Origin: an uncultured Acidobacteriota bacterium
Lineage (GTDB): Bacteria; Acidobacteriota; Terriglobia; Acidiferrales; UBA7541
Length of the DNA: 64,000 bases
Direction: 5' to 3'
NCBI GenBank assembly: GCA_963703805.1
Contig: CAVPFO010000002.1
Coordinates: 54,694-118,693 of the forward strand
The translations under genes and the position numbers were made by a program. Shown here one piece after another: positions 35,273 through 45,747 of the stretch (the first letter of the stretch is position 1; each line of letters opens with the position of its first letter). Under the pieces are notes generated by a model, which was given only the letters and a program-made list of their open reading frames with translations, did no database searches and had not been told where the DNA came from.

Positions 35273-38001
35273 ATGCGATGGCTCGACAAAATCAGACTTC
35301 GATTCCGCTCTCTCTTCCAGAAGCCTGCCGTGGATCGCGAACTGGACGACGAACTGCGGTTCCACATCGAGCGTCAAACACAGGAAAACATCGCCGCACG
35401 GATGTCACCTGACGAAGCTTTGCGTGCGGCGCGGATCGAGTTCGGGCAGCGCCTAGTGTTTGGGAAGAGTGCCGCGAAGCGCAAAGCGTGACCCTTTTAT
35501 ACGATCTAGCCCGAGATACGCGCATCGGACTTCGGACGCTTCGAAGGAATGCCGGATTTGCCTACGTGGCGATCCTCACGCTTGCGCTTGTGATTGGCGC
35601 AAATACGGCTATTTTCAGCGCCATTTACGGACTGCTTTTCCGCAGCCTGCCCTATCGCGATTCAGACCGGCTGGTGATGCTCTGGGACTCCAACCGGCGC
35701 ACGGGCCAGGAACATATGGGCGTGATGGAAGGCTCATTTCCAATTCTGGAGAGCGAGGCGAAGAGTTTTAGCGGCATGGGTGCATTCACTGGCATGGGAG
35801 CACTTGGATCGATGTTCGCGGACAAGCTGTGGGGCACGGACGAACGCGTAGCAACAACTCTCTGTACTTCCCAACTGTTCCCCGTACTCGGAGTATCTCC
35901 TTTCCTGGGTCGCACATTTTCCCCGCAAAACGATGTCTACGATGAGCATGCGAGGTCTTCAGACTCAAGTGTGGCGATTCTCAGTTACGCCTTCTGGCAG
36001 AGACATTACGGGGCGAGCGCCGATGTAATTGGAAAGACCCTCGCCCTCAATGACTATGGCAAACACCAGGAATACACAATCATTGGCGTGATGCCGCAAG
36101 GATTTGCATTTCCGTACCCAATGTTTGCGGAAAAGCCGGACGTTTGGCTGCCGTACCCAATATCGAACGCGCACTTCTCGCCAGGAAACAATCTGTTGGT
36201 GATCGCACGCCTGCGAACGGGCGTGAGTCCGCGCAATGCGCAGGCGGAGCTCAATACGATCACCGGACGCCTCCAGCAGGAATTTGCAAAGTACTACAAG
36301 GGCGAATACGTCACAGTGACCACGCTCGGCTCGGAACTCGTTCGTGATGCGCGGACAATGCTTTGGACACTGTTTGCCGCTTTGGGATTTGTCTTGCTAA
36401 TCGGCTGCGCAAACGTCGGCAACCTAATGTTGATGCGCGCCGTTTCGCGCGGGAAAGAAATGGCGGTGCGGGCAGCGCTGGGAGCGGGGCGCCTCGCAGT
36501 GATCCGCCAGATGCTTGCGGAAGCCACGCTCCTGGCGGTTGCCGGAGGCGCGCTCGGATTTCCGCTGGCCCATTGGACTCTACGGCTGGCCGTCGCGGCT
36601 GTGCCGGCCTCGATTTATATTCCGCGCCTGGATTTGATCGCGCTCGATACGAGGATTCTTGCGCTGACCGCAGCGATCTCCACGTTTGCGGCTGCCCTAT
36701 TTGGCACGCTTCCAAGCGTGCGGTTTTCCGGGCCGGATCTGAGTCGGATGATCAATGCCGCGCCCGCTCCAGACCGCGCCAGCCCTTCGATTCTCCGGCG
36801 TCCGGGTAGCCTACTTCTCATTTCGGAGGTGTCGCTGGCGGTGGTTCTGCTTACTGGAACGGCACTTCTGACGAAGAGTTTGAAAAGGCTGATGGATGTA
36901 AATCTGCATTTCCAGCCCGACCGCCTACTCGTGATGGACGTCGCTTTCTCCAATGCATACGTGGAGGCAACGCCGGATTTTGACGAGCGCAAGGTTACGC
37001 TCTATTCGCAGTTCCAACAGCAGCTCGAAGGCATGCCAGGGGTTCACTCGGTGACTTTTGTGGACCAATTCCCGCTGCCGACGCTGCGCGGCTTATCCAT
37101 CCAGGGTTTTAAAGAGACAGGCGGCAGTGGACCAATTTCTGAAAATTATCAGCCGGCGGAAATGCACGTGGTTACGCCGAATTTCTTCGAAATGATGGGG
37201 TCAAGCTTGCAACGCGGGCGTTGGTTGGCCGATGCGGACACGCCGAAGTCGCTTCCAGTCGCCGTCATCAACCAAGCCATGGCGGAGGCCTATTGGCCGG
37301 GCGCGGATCCTCTGGGGCACCGCATCGCGCCGTTCATCCGGTACACCGATCGCAAAGACTCTTATGCCATCGTCGGCGTCGTGCAGGACCCAAAACGCTT
37401 TGGTACGGGACAAGCGCCGGAGCCAGCCGTCTATCTGGCCACAGGCCAGGTTCCACTGAATTTTTATTCTGTCTTGGTGCGCACATCGGGTGACCCGCAT
37501 AGCCTGGCAGGTCCTTTGCGCTCCGCAGCGCTTCAAATGGCGCCGGGCCAAATGTACGTGAGCGAGGTACGCACGGGTGGCGATCTGGTTTCGGAATCGA
37601 GCGCGCGATCTCGAGTGACGGCGCTACTGCTTGCGTGTTTTGCAGGACTCGCGGTGATTCTAGGCGTGATCGGAATCTACGGACTCATCGCGTACTATAC
37701 CGCTCAACGCACGCGTGAAATCGGAATTCGTATGGCGTTGGGCGCAACACCGCGCAACGTGATGCGTCTCGTTCTAGGAGAAGGGATGTCTCTGATCGGC
37801 TTGGGAGTGATGCTCGGTTTGTTCCTCGCGTATGGCTTCGCGCGAAGCTTGGCCAGCCTGCTCTACGGAACACCTCCAGCAGACTTGCCGGAATACTTGG
37901 TGGCCGCCGCGTTATTTGCGTGCGTTGGATTAGCGGCCTGTTACATTCCCGCTCGCCGCGCCATGCGCGTCGATCCCATGATCGCCCTACGGCACGAATA
38001 A
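35273..38001 (+). pseudogene. ADOP-family duplicated permease paralogue, split by a -1 frameshift in a G-run
   Basis: MRWLDKIRLRFRSLFQKPAVDRELDDELRFHIE...AARIEFG in one frame. AAPSVWEECREAQSVTLLYDLARDTRIGLRTLRRN... continues in the next frame. The junction is TTCGGGCAG at 35441-35449; one more G would restore the frame. Confidence 0.75.
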
Positions 38002-38019
38002 CCCCCAAAAATAAATCGG

Positions 38020-38054
38020 CCGGGAGGCGTCGCTGAGGGGTCGACGCGTCCCGG
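38020..38054. terminator. imperfect 13-bp hairpin between the convergent ADOP and PilZ genes
   Basis: CCGGGAGGCGTCG-loop-CGACGCGTCCCGG, one mismatched position in the stem. No clear U-tract. Confidence 0.35.
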
Positions 38055-38093
38055 CGGTTCCTGCCCGCATCCGCAGGATATGGGCAAGCTTGT

Positions 38094-38423
38094 TTACGCG
38101 GCGTATTCGTCGCTGCCGCGCAGGAATTCGTAGCGTTCGATCTGGGCCACAATGCCGACGGTGTTCGGGTCTTTGTTTTCGTTGCGCGAAACACGTCCCA
38201 GGCAGCGCACGCGCACCGGACCAGCCAGCGTAATTTCGTGAGGAAGCGTCAGTAGGATTTCCACGCGCGAGCTTTCCTTCACCTCTTTGGGCAGAAAGAA
38301 ATACACACCGCGCGAGCTGACGTTTTTCGATTCCGTGAGAATTTCGCCTACGGATGAGCCGGTGGTCCAGCGTACCGTCATCGGCAGGCGAATCTGAAAG
38401 CGTTGGTTCAGTCGTCGTTCCAT
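38094..38423 (-). CDS. PilZ-domain protein
   Basis: RxxxR (RLNQR) and NxSxxG (NVSSRG) c-di-GMP-binding motifs. ATG 38423 preceded by AGGAG. Confidence 0.75.
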   Translation of the reverse strand: MERRLNQRFQIRLPMTVRWTTGSSVGEILTESKNVSSRGVYFFLPKEVKESSRVEILLTLPHEITLAGPVRVRCLGRVSRNENKDPNTVGIVAQIERYEFLRGSDEYAA

Positions 38424-38686
38424 GCCGGTCACTGGCTCCTTAGAATCATCGCGGCGGACTACGGAATCGGAAGCCGCCCTCGATGCCCCAAGATTATGGC
38501 AAGCCGCCCCTGCGCTCAATAGGTCAAGAGGCTCAATTTGGCGAGCGCAAAATCGGTACCGGCGTACTAGAGGGGTTTTTGCTCAATATTTTCACAGGAA
38601 ATCCACCGGAAAAGGTTGGCGGGTGACTCGGAAGGTTGGTTTCGGCCGGCCCGAGAGGAGGGTGCACTAAGCTAACCGACTTAGGT

Positions 38687-40561
38687 TCAGTGGCTTGCGG
38701 ACGTTAGCTCGGCGGAATTACGGAGATACGAGTTCAGCACGTCCGAAAGGGCCAGGACACCCTCCAGCCGGCGGGCATCGGCACGGTGTACGACCGGCAA
38801 ATAGGGCCAATCGCGCATCAGGCGCATGGCCAGGTCCACGGACTGATCGGGATGGAGCCTGGGCAGGCGCTGCGTGCCAAGCACGTCGTTTAGCGGCGTG
38901 GAGCCCTTCCCTTCCGATAGGAGTTTGTGCAGCGCCGGAATTCGAATTCCGGCCCAGCGGCCGGTGGGAAAGCTCACCAAAAAGAACTCCTCCGCCGCAC
39001 CGTCCGTGCGAGCTTCGAGACGCGCCAGGGCTTCCGTCACCGTGTCGTCGCCGGATAAGACCGGCGTGACGGGCGAGCGCATGGCATCTTCCACCTGGAG
39101 TGCATGACTTTCGCGCAGCTCTTCCATGGAAGGCAGGTCAATGCCGTCCTGACGCGCGAGGACATCGAAAATGGGAGTCGGCTGGAAACGCATCGAGATC
39201 AGGTAGGCGAGCGCATTCGAAATGATTACCGGCAAGATGATGGAATAGTTGCCGCTGACTTCGAGCACCATAAAGACAGAGGTGAGCGGCACGCGCAAGA
39301 ATCCCGCAAAGAGGGTGCCCATGCCGACGAGCGCGTAGGCCCCCACAGGCCCCGCCAGCGCCGGGAAAAAGTGATGCTGGGTGCTGCCGATGGCGGCGCC
39401 GAGCATGGCGCCCACAAAAAGCGTTGGCGCGAACATACCGCCGGGTGCGCCCGAGGAAAATGAAATCGTAGTGGCGACGATCTTGGCCAATGCCAAAAGA
39501 AAGAGCATGTACCAGACGAACTGGCCGTGCATGGCCTGGTCCATGAAATCGTAACCGGCACCCATCACTTGGGGCAGAAAAATTCCCATCACGCCAATGA
39601 TCAGGCCGGCTATTGCAGGCAAGAAATAACGCCAGTAAGAGGGCAGCGCGCGGACTATCGGGCGCGTGTAGCTGATCATTTTCGCGAAGAAGAGCGACGC
39701 GAACCCGCCGATGATGCCCAATGCCGCATAAGAGAGCAGCTCCACGGGGTGCACCAACGTGTAGGGCGGCGTTCGAAAGAGAGGTTCGGCTCCGAGGAAC
39801 CAACGGCTGACGACCACGCTCGAGACGGCCGCGAGGACGATCGCGCCCAAAACTCCCGCGCTCCAGGTGCCGATTACTTCCTCGATTACGAAGATGACGG
39901 CAGCGATCGGAGAATTGAACGCCGCCGCGAGACCTGCCGCCGCGCCCACGGGCGCAATCAGCCGAATTTTCTCGCGCGACAGGCGCAGCTTCCGCCCCAG
40001 CAGTGACGCGATTCCCGCTCCCATTTGCAGCGAGGGATCTTCCGGCCCGAGCGATTGGCCGCTGCCGATCGCCAGCGCGCAACAGATAAATTTCCCTATG
40101 ACGGTATCAAACGGAATATAGCCGTCATAAACGTAGACCGCGGACTTAGTCTGCGTGACCCCGCTCCCGCGTACGCGCGGGAAGAATCGGTAAACCAAAA
40201 TCGCGACGACAAGGCCCGCAACCGTAGGCACCAGCACGACGCGCGGCCAACCTGGATAAAGCGCGGAACCGAGCAGCGCAATGCGCGTCCAGTCAATGAA
40301 AATGCGGAAGCAAACCACAGCCAGCCCAGAGAAAAGGCCGATAATCACGGCCAAGACCAGGAAGAGGCTGCCCTCCCGGAGGGCCAGGATGGCTTGCAAG
40401 CGATTCAGGAATTCTCTTCCCCGGCCTGATTTGGCAACGACCCCAGGGACCGACGACTCGACTCCCGAAGTAGGCAAAGACACTGCAACGGACGGCTCGA
40501 CCGACGAGGCGGGCGTTGCGACGGTGCCGAACGGAGCGCCGCTCGAATCCTCGCGAGGCAT
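38687..40561 (-). CDS. ClC-family chloride channel/antiporter with C-terminal CBS pair
   Basis: Selectivity-filter-like GSGVTQ, GPEDP and GAPGGMFAP. The C-terminal ~150 aa are CBS-like. ATG 40561 avoids overlap with the upstream gene. Confidence 0.85.
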   Translation of the reverse strand: MPREDSSGAPFGTVATPASSVEPSVAVSLPTSGVESSVPGVVAKSGRGREFLNRLQAILALREGSLFLVLAVIIGLFSGLAVVCFRIFIDWTRIALLGSALYPGWPRVVLVPTVAGLVVAILVYRFFPRVRGSGVTQTKSAVYVYDGYIPFDTVIGKFICCALAIGSGQSLGPEDPSLQMGAGIASLLGRKLRLSREKIRLIAPVGAAAGLAAAFNSPIAAVIFVIEEVIGTWSAGVLGAIVLAAVSSVVVSRWFLGAEPLFRTPPYTLVHPVELLSYAALGIIGGFASLFFAKMISYTRPIVRALPSYWRYFLPAIAGLIIGVMGIFLPQVMGAGYDFMDQAMHGQFVWYMLFLLALAKIVATTISFSSGAPGGMFAPTLFVGAMLGAAIGSTQHHFFPALAGPVGAYALVGMGTLFAGFLRVPLTSVFMVLEVSGNYSIILPVIISNALAYLISMRFQPTPIFDVLARQDGIDLPSMEELRESHALQVEDAMRSPVTPVLSGDDTVTEALARLEARTDGAAEEFFLVSFPTGRWAGIRIPALHKLLSEGKGSTPLNDVLGTQRLPRLHPDQSVDLAMRLMRDWPYLPVVHRADARRLEGVLALSDVLNSYLRNSAELTSASH

Positions 40562-40599
40562 CGCTTCAAACGGCAACTGTGGGGTAGCGTCTTTGGGAT

Positions 40600-41952
40600 T
40601 CACTGGCCAACACCGGAATGGCTTCGGCCGAGCAGCACCAGTGCCGCATTCGAGCCCGCGGGCGCGGGACCACATTGCTGATCCGCCGCGGCTTCGATCT
40701 GAAATACGAGATTCATCAGGGCGGTGACGTCGTCTGGATGGACTACAAGCTGCGGCTCGGTTGCGTGCGGAAGCTCCGCTATGGCTTCCGCGTTTAGTTG
40801 TTGCAGTGGGCTGGGCACCGCCGGTGGCGGATTTTGCAGATCAACGTTTTTCAATTTCGCGCAGTCCTTCAAGCGTTCGAATGCGAAATTGAAATCGGCG
40901 GCGGCAAGGCGCCCTCGTTCGGCCACCGAGAGGCTTTCTGCAAAAGGATCGAGGGAAACGACGGCGGTGGCGGTTTCCAGCATTTCACGATCGGAACCGG
41001 CAAGCTCATTTTCGCGATCGGCGCGCGCGAGGTATCGGGCGGCGTCTTTATAATTTCCCTGCCGATAGGCAGCGACACCAGAGCCACGTAGCGCACCCTG
41101 CGCCGCGCGATCGAGTCGGAGCGCTTGCGTAAACTGAACCATGGCTTGATCGTTCTCACCCGTATCGAGGAGCAAATTCCCCGCCTGCACGTGCAGCGTG
41201 GGATCGGGAGGCAGCGCAGCGGCCATGGCAATCAACTGGGCCTGCGCATCGGCCACCGCCCCCCGGTCCATCAGAAATTTGGCATATTCGATACGCGTCT
41301 GCCGGCGGCGTTCGGTTGGGTTGGCGTCCCACGCGCCGAAAATGGCGGCATTGTAATAACGGGAGGCCGCTGTAACGTCGTTCTGGCGGGCGGCGAGCCG
41401 CGCCAATTCGAGATTGATGGTAGCGTTTCCTGGAGCTTGTTCCTCGAGCGCCAGCAAATAGGAACGCGCCTCCTCCAGGCGGCCCTCTTCCGCCAAGGCT
41501 TCCGCAAGATGCAAATCGTAGTCGTTGTTCGCGCCGCTGGTGTCGCCATTCTCGCGCGAGTAAATCATGGCCGTGCGAAAATCCTGGATGGCATCCGCGG
41601 AACGCCCGGCCGCCAGCGCGGTCTGGCCATACGAATACCAGTGGCGGGCAAGGCTGCGTTCGGTTTGGTGATAAAAGCGGGAGAAAAAGCCAGTGACGGT
41701 AAAGAATAAAAATAGGATCCCGACAGAAAGCAGCAGGACGGTCTCACGCGAGAAATTCCACCATGGAGATTTGACGCCACAGTCGCACTTATCGGCACTG
41801 GGGGGCAGTGCGTTGCCGCAATTTTCGCAGATGCGTGGGGCGCCAGTAACCGGAAGATTTGCCGTTGCCAAGAATTCCTCGAGCACTACAAGAAAGCGCG
41901 TGCGCCGGTAGCGGCCGGCAGTTATCCATCCTAACGCAGCAACACGCGGCAC
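40600..41952 (-). CDS. zinc-ribbon / single-TM / TPR-repeat protein
   Basis: CENCGNALPPSADKCDCG zinc ribbon, hydrophobic helix LLLSVGILFLFFTVTGFF, then multiple TPR-like repeats. Confidence 0.7.
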   Translation of the reverse strand: MPRVAALGWITAGRYRRTRFLVVLEEFLATANLPVTGAPRICENCGNALPPSADKCDCGVKSPWWNFSRETVLLLSVGILFLFFTVTGFFSRFYHQTERSLARHWYSYGQTALAAGRSADAIQDFRTAMIYSRENGDTSGANNDYDLHLAEALAEEGRLEEARSYLLALEEQAPGNATINLELARLAARQNDVTAASRYYNAAIFGAWDANPTERRRQTRIEYAKFLMDRGAVADAQAQLIAMAAALPPDPTLHVQAGNLLLDTGENDQAMVQFTQALRLDRAAQGALRGSGVAAYRQGNYKDAARYLARADRENELAGSDREMLETATAVVSLDPFAESLSVAERGRLAAADFNFAFERLKDCAKLKNVDLQNPPPAVPSPLQQLNAEAIAELPHATEPQLVVHPDDVTALMNLVFQIEAAADQQCGPAPAGSNAALVLLGRSHSGVGQ

Positions 41953-41995
41953 TCAAATGAAGGAAGCGAATTTGTAAAAGAAAATAAACTTGTGG

Positions 41996-42661
41996 CTAGG
42001 TTTTCTCGATGAGCCGGTGGTGGATCGCGTAAAGCGCCAGTTCGAGGCGGTCGGAAACGCCAAGTTTGTCAAAAATATTGTGCAGATGATTTTTCACCGT
42101 CTGCTCGCTGATGAATAGCTTCTCCCCGATTTCCTTGTTGCGGAATCCTTGCGCCACCAGTTGGACGATTTCCTTTTCGCGATCGCTCAGAAGCGGCTTT
42201 TCCCGGCGTGGACCGCTTTCGGAGGACTTCGAAAACGCCTTCATCACCTCGGCGGTCATGTGATTATCGAGCCAGATTTCGCCGGCATGCACGCGCTGGA
42301 TACTTTTGACGAGCAAATCAGTGGCGGATTGCTTTAGCACCACGCCACGCGCTCCCAGGCGCATCGCCCGCACCACGTCGCGGTCGTCTTCGGCGGCGGT
42401 TACGCAAATCACACGCGTGGGCAGCGAATCGAAATTCACCTCTTCGAGTACGGCCAGCCCATCCTTATCGGGCATGCGCAAGTCGAGCAGGAGAATATCG
42501 GGCTTGAGTTTCGTGACGAGCTTGATGCACTCGTTTCCGTTTTGGGCTTCGCCGACAATGGCGATATCGTCGTCTGAATCCAGTAATTTGCGCAGACCAT
42601 CACGGAATATCGCGTGATCATCGGCTACCAGCACGCGAATCGGTTGTTTGCTTTTTGCCAT
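41996..42661 (-). CDS. NarL/FixJ-family response regulator (REC + LuxR HTH)
   Basis: RVLVADDH...LLLDLRMPDKDG receiver. C-terminal LSDREKEIVQLVAQGFRNKEIGEKLFISEQTVKNHLHNIF. Confidence 0.9.
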   Translation of the reverse strand: MAKSKQPIRVLVADDHAIFRDGLRKLLDSDDDIAIVGEAQNGNECIKLVTKLKPDILLLDLRMPDKDGLAVLEEVNFDSLPTRVICVTAAEDDRDVVRAMRLGARGVVLKQSATDLLVKSIQRVHAGEIWLDNHMTAEVMKAFSKSSESGPRREKPLLSDREKEIVQLVAQGFRNKEIGEKLFISEQTVKNHLHNIFDKLGVSDRLELALYAIHHRLIEKT

Positions 42662-42662
42662 C

Positions 42663-44327
42663 TTAGCTCAGTGGAACCTCAACAGTTAGACGTGCACCAT
42701 GGCCGGGACTTGATTCCACGGTCAAAACTCCTCCGACGGTACGGGTGCGCTCCTTGATCGAGATTGGACCTAGCCGCAAGCGGTCCAGTTCATCGCCTGA
42801 AAAGCGTCCCGCGAAGCTGAACCCCTCTCCATTATCATCTACGACCAAGGCAATGCGGCTATCCGACTGAGACAGTTTTACCACGACATGTGTAGCCCTA
42901 GCATGCTTTTTTATGTTGTTGAGTGCTTCCCTGTAAATCTGGAAAAGTTCGCGGCAAACCCGGTCCGGGGCCTGCAAATCGGCCGCATCCACGAGCAAAT
43001 CGAGCTTCAATTGCGAGTCATTTCGAAAGCGCTCGGCAAAGCCGCGCATCAGATCGAGCAAATCGGCGCTTTGTACGCGCAGGGGCCGGAGGTCGGTGAC
43101 CATGCGGCGCAACTCGGCGGATTCGTTTCGAACGGTCTGTTCGAGCGAGGCCAACGAAGCCGCCACTTGCTCGCCTTCCTCGGGGAGCTTCTTCCGCAGC
43201 ACATCAAGCTGGATCTGAACGCTCAAAAGCGTTTGCAGGATGCCGTCGTGTAGATCGCGCGAGATGCGGCTGCGCTCGGCCTCGATCGCCCTCGCGCGCA
43301 AATGACGCAGCAGGAAGAGGTTTTCGAGTGGCGTGCCCAAGTGCCGTGAGATGCGCTCCAACCACTGCAAATCGCGCGGCGCGAAACGCCTCTGGCCGTT
43401 GCCAAGAATCAGGCGGGCCACCGGATCGCCTTGCACATCAATGGCGGCGGCAAGCGCGGAGCGAAGCCCAAGCACTTCTCGCGTGGGAGCAGGGAAGCGT
43501 GGAAATTCGGCCAAGGGCTTGCCATCTTGACGGTTCCACCCGAAGCCTTCTCCGCGGCCTTCGAAACTGTTGATGCCAATATTTGCGTCCGGCACGTCCA
43601 GCAGCAGGCCTTCTCCGGCCGTCAAGGGCCAGTTCTCAGGGGCGATCCGGCCACCCTCGCCGCGAGCCAGCTTCCAGACGAAGATGCGTTCCATGTCGGC
43701 GTCGCGATAGACGAGAACCGCTGCGCCGCAGTCGAAGCCTTCCATCAATTTTTCGAACAGTCCGCGCAGTGAGTCCGCCACACCGGCATCGACGCGCAAC
43801 TCCTCACTGAGCCCCGCGAGAAACTGCGATTCGAACGCGGAGCGCCGGTTCCGCTCGCCAAGGTGCGCCATCCCAAAGCCTGCGGCAAGCGTGCCGCTGC
43901 CCACGGCTACGGCGCGGAGAGCATCCTCCCAGTTTGCGTGCCGCCGAATCAGCGACCATGCCAGCACGGCGCACGCGGCTGCCAGCACAATCCAATACGC
44001 GGGCCGCTGCCCCCACTCTACCGCCGCGGCAAAAGCCACAAAGACCAATAGAAACCACATGGGCGCGGCCGATGGCGCAAAGATTAGAAAAGCTCCAAGC
44101 GCGGCCACGTCTGCCGCCAAGGGAAAGCCCCATTCACTGCCCCACTTGGTGGATTGCGCGACGGCGAAGAACAAGCTGACCGCCAGATATCCGGCCTGAA
44201 AAATCAGCACGCGGGCGGGCGGCACCGGCAGTTCGAGCACGCTCACCAAACCCAGAACGAGTAGTAGCGGGCGCGCCAGCGTAACTTGGCGTTTCAGGGA
44301 GCGGCGATCGGAAGGGTGCGGCTGCAT
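42663..44327 (-). CDS. membrane sensor histidine kinase (HisKA_3 / HATPase_c, GAF-like middle domain)
   Basis: N-terminal multi-TM region. H-box ERSRISRDLHDGILQTL. ATPase motifs NNIKKHA and DDNGEGF. Ends 1 nt before the response regulator start. Confidence 0.85.
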   Translation of the reverse strand: MQPHPSDRRSLKRQVTLARPLLLVLGLVSVLELPVPPARVLIFQAGYLAVSLFFAVAQSTKWGSEWGFPLAADVAALGAFLIFAPSAAPMWFLLVFVAFAAAVEWGQRPAYWIVLAAACAVLAWSLIRRHANWEDALRAVAVGSGTLAAGFGMAHLGERNRRSAFESQFLAGLSEELRVDAGVADSLRGLFEKLMEGFDCGAAVLVYRDADMERIFVWKLARGEGGRIAPENWPLTAGEGLLLDVPDANIGINSFEGRGEGFGWNRQDGKPLAEFPRFPAPTREVLGLRSALAAAIDVQGDPVARLILGNGQRRFAPRDLQWLERISRHLGTPLENLFLLRHLRARAIEAERSRISRDLHDGILQTLLSVQIQLDVLRKKLPEEGEQVAASLASLEQTVRNESAELRRMVTDLRPLRVQSADLLDLMRGFAERFRNDSQLKLDLLVDAADLQAPDRVCRELFQIYREALNNIKKHARATHVVVKLSQSDSRIALVVDDNGEGFSFAGRFSGDELDRLRLGPISIKERTRTVGGVLTVESSPGHGARLTVEVPLS

Positions 44328-44544
44328 CGCGGTTTCGGGACTGGCGCGTCACTTTGAAAGTCACACACCGCGAGGCCGGGTGCAAGCTGGGGTTCCTGGG
44401 GAGCACGTGCTGGGGAGGCAACTAGAGGCTCGATCCGAACGGACGCGAAGACTCCTGCGACACCTTTGATGGAGGACGGACAGGATTTCGAACGAAATGG
44501 TCCGCCAGGAGAGGCCCAGTTTGGCCTCTCTAGGCGACTCCGCT

Positions 44545-45468
44545 CTAATTTGTGGCTGTGGAAGTCCGCGGCGGGCGGGCGTAGGCCGTATCCTGCGCCT
44601 TTTCCTGCGGATTCGACGAGGCCGCGACTTCCGCCAGTTCGTGCTTTGGGACTGCGGGCCGATTGGCCTTTTCGAGATAGAGCGCTTCGTCGGCCCTCGC
44701 GAGCAGCGACTCGATGCTATCGCCAACCTGGTGTTGTGCGCGGCCCCGCGAACAGCCCACCGGAATCTTCTGTTTGTTAATGCTCACCTCGAATGGACCG
44801 ATGCGCGACAGAATCACGGAGACGTTCTCGCGCGGGCATTCGGGCAGCACGACCATGAATTCGTCGCCACCGACGCGAATCGGTACATCGCAGGCGCGAA
44901 TGGCCCGCTTCAAGCGACGCGAGAATTCCTTCAGCACGAGATCGCCGGCCGCATGGCCATATTCGTCATTGATCTGCTTGAAGTGATCCAGATCGAGCAG
45001 CAGGACGGCGAGACTATCGCCATTGCGTTCCGCGCGTACGATTTCCTCCTGGAGGCGCTCTTCTCCGAAGCGGCGGTTATAAAGCCCCGTGAGCGGATCG
45101 AGGATGGCCATGCCATAGAACTTCTCGGCGCGGATGCGCTGGCGCATGGCTGTTTCCATTTGTTCCGCAAGCTGGTTGCGAAAGAATTTCAGATGGCGCT
45201 GCTGGAAGAGCGTGAAGAAGTTGAGAAGTAACATCAGCGCCAGAATCGCACCGATCACGGAGCCAGGTTTCTGCGCGGCGAGAAAGTCATCGAATTGCAA
45301 CAACCCTGGAAATAGGGCGATGGTGATCGTGGTGGCCAACAAACCGATGGCAACCACCGTGTTCCACCAGAACCATAGGGTGCTGCGGTCCAGGCGCTTC
45401 AGGCTCTGCCGAATCGCCTGCTGGCCGGCGAATTCAGGTTCGTGTTGAACGGACTGGGGCATCCTCAT
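44545..45468 (-). CDS. GGDEF diguanylate cyclase with two N-terminal TM helices
   Basis: LTGLYNRR, LLLDLDHFKQINDEYGHAAGD, active site RVGGDEF. The I-site RxxD (RACD) lies 5 residues upstream. Confidence 0.9.
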   Translation of the reverse strand: MRMPQSVQHEPEFAGQQAIRQSLKRLDRSTLWFWWNTVVAIGLLATTITIALFPGLLQFDDFLAAQKPGSVIGAILALMLLLNFFTLFQQRHLKFFRNQLAEQMETAMRQRIRAEKFYGMAILDPLTGLYNRRFGEERLQEEIVRAERNGDSLAVLLLDLDHFKQINDEYGHAAGDLVLKEFSRRLKRAIRACDVPIRVGGDEFMVVLPECPRENVSVILSRIGPFEVSINKQKIPVGCSRGRAQHQVGDSIESLLARADEALYLEKANRPAVPKHELAEVAASSNPQEKAQDTAYARPPRTSTATN

Positions 45469-45747
45469 TGGCCTCGGATCAGCACGTCAGAGCCTGGCGC
45501 ATCGCGAGCCAGCCTGCGGCTGGAACGACTGCGGGAGCTGCCCGCTCTTGACTTGTGCAGAATACGGTGACGCTCCGTCGGTACCAATGGCTCGCTCGTA
45601 TCATTCGGTGCCCAACCTTGGTACTAGTTGCCGAGAACCATACCGCACCGCGGCTCTAACGACCGGACGACCAGGGGCGTCTATCTGTCACAAAATAAGA
45701 GGGTAAGAACTGGCGCGAAAAGATAGCCTAGACGCTCGGCAACCGTC

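Noticed and set aside
40562-40675. Longer ClC start (ORF opens at 40675)
   Set aside because: This start would overlap the 3' end of the upstream TPR gene by 76 nt, and the translation there is non-homologous. ATG 40561 leaves a 38-nt gap.
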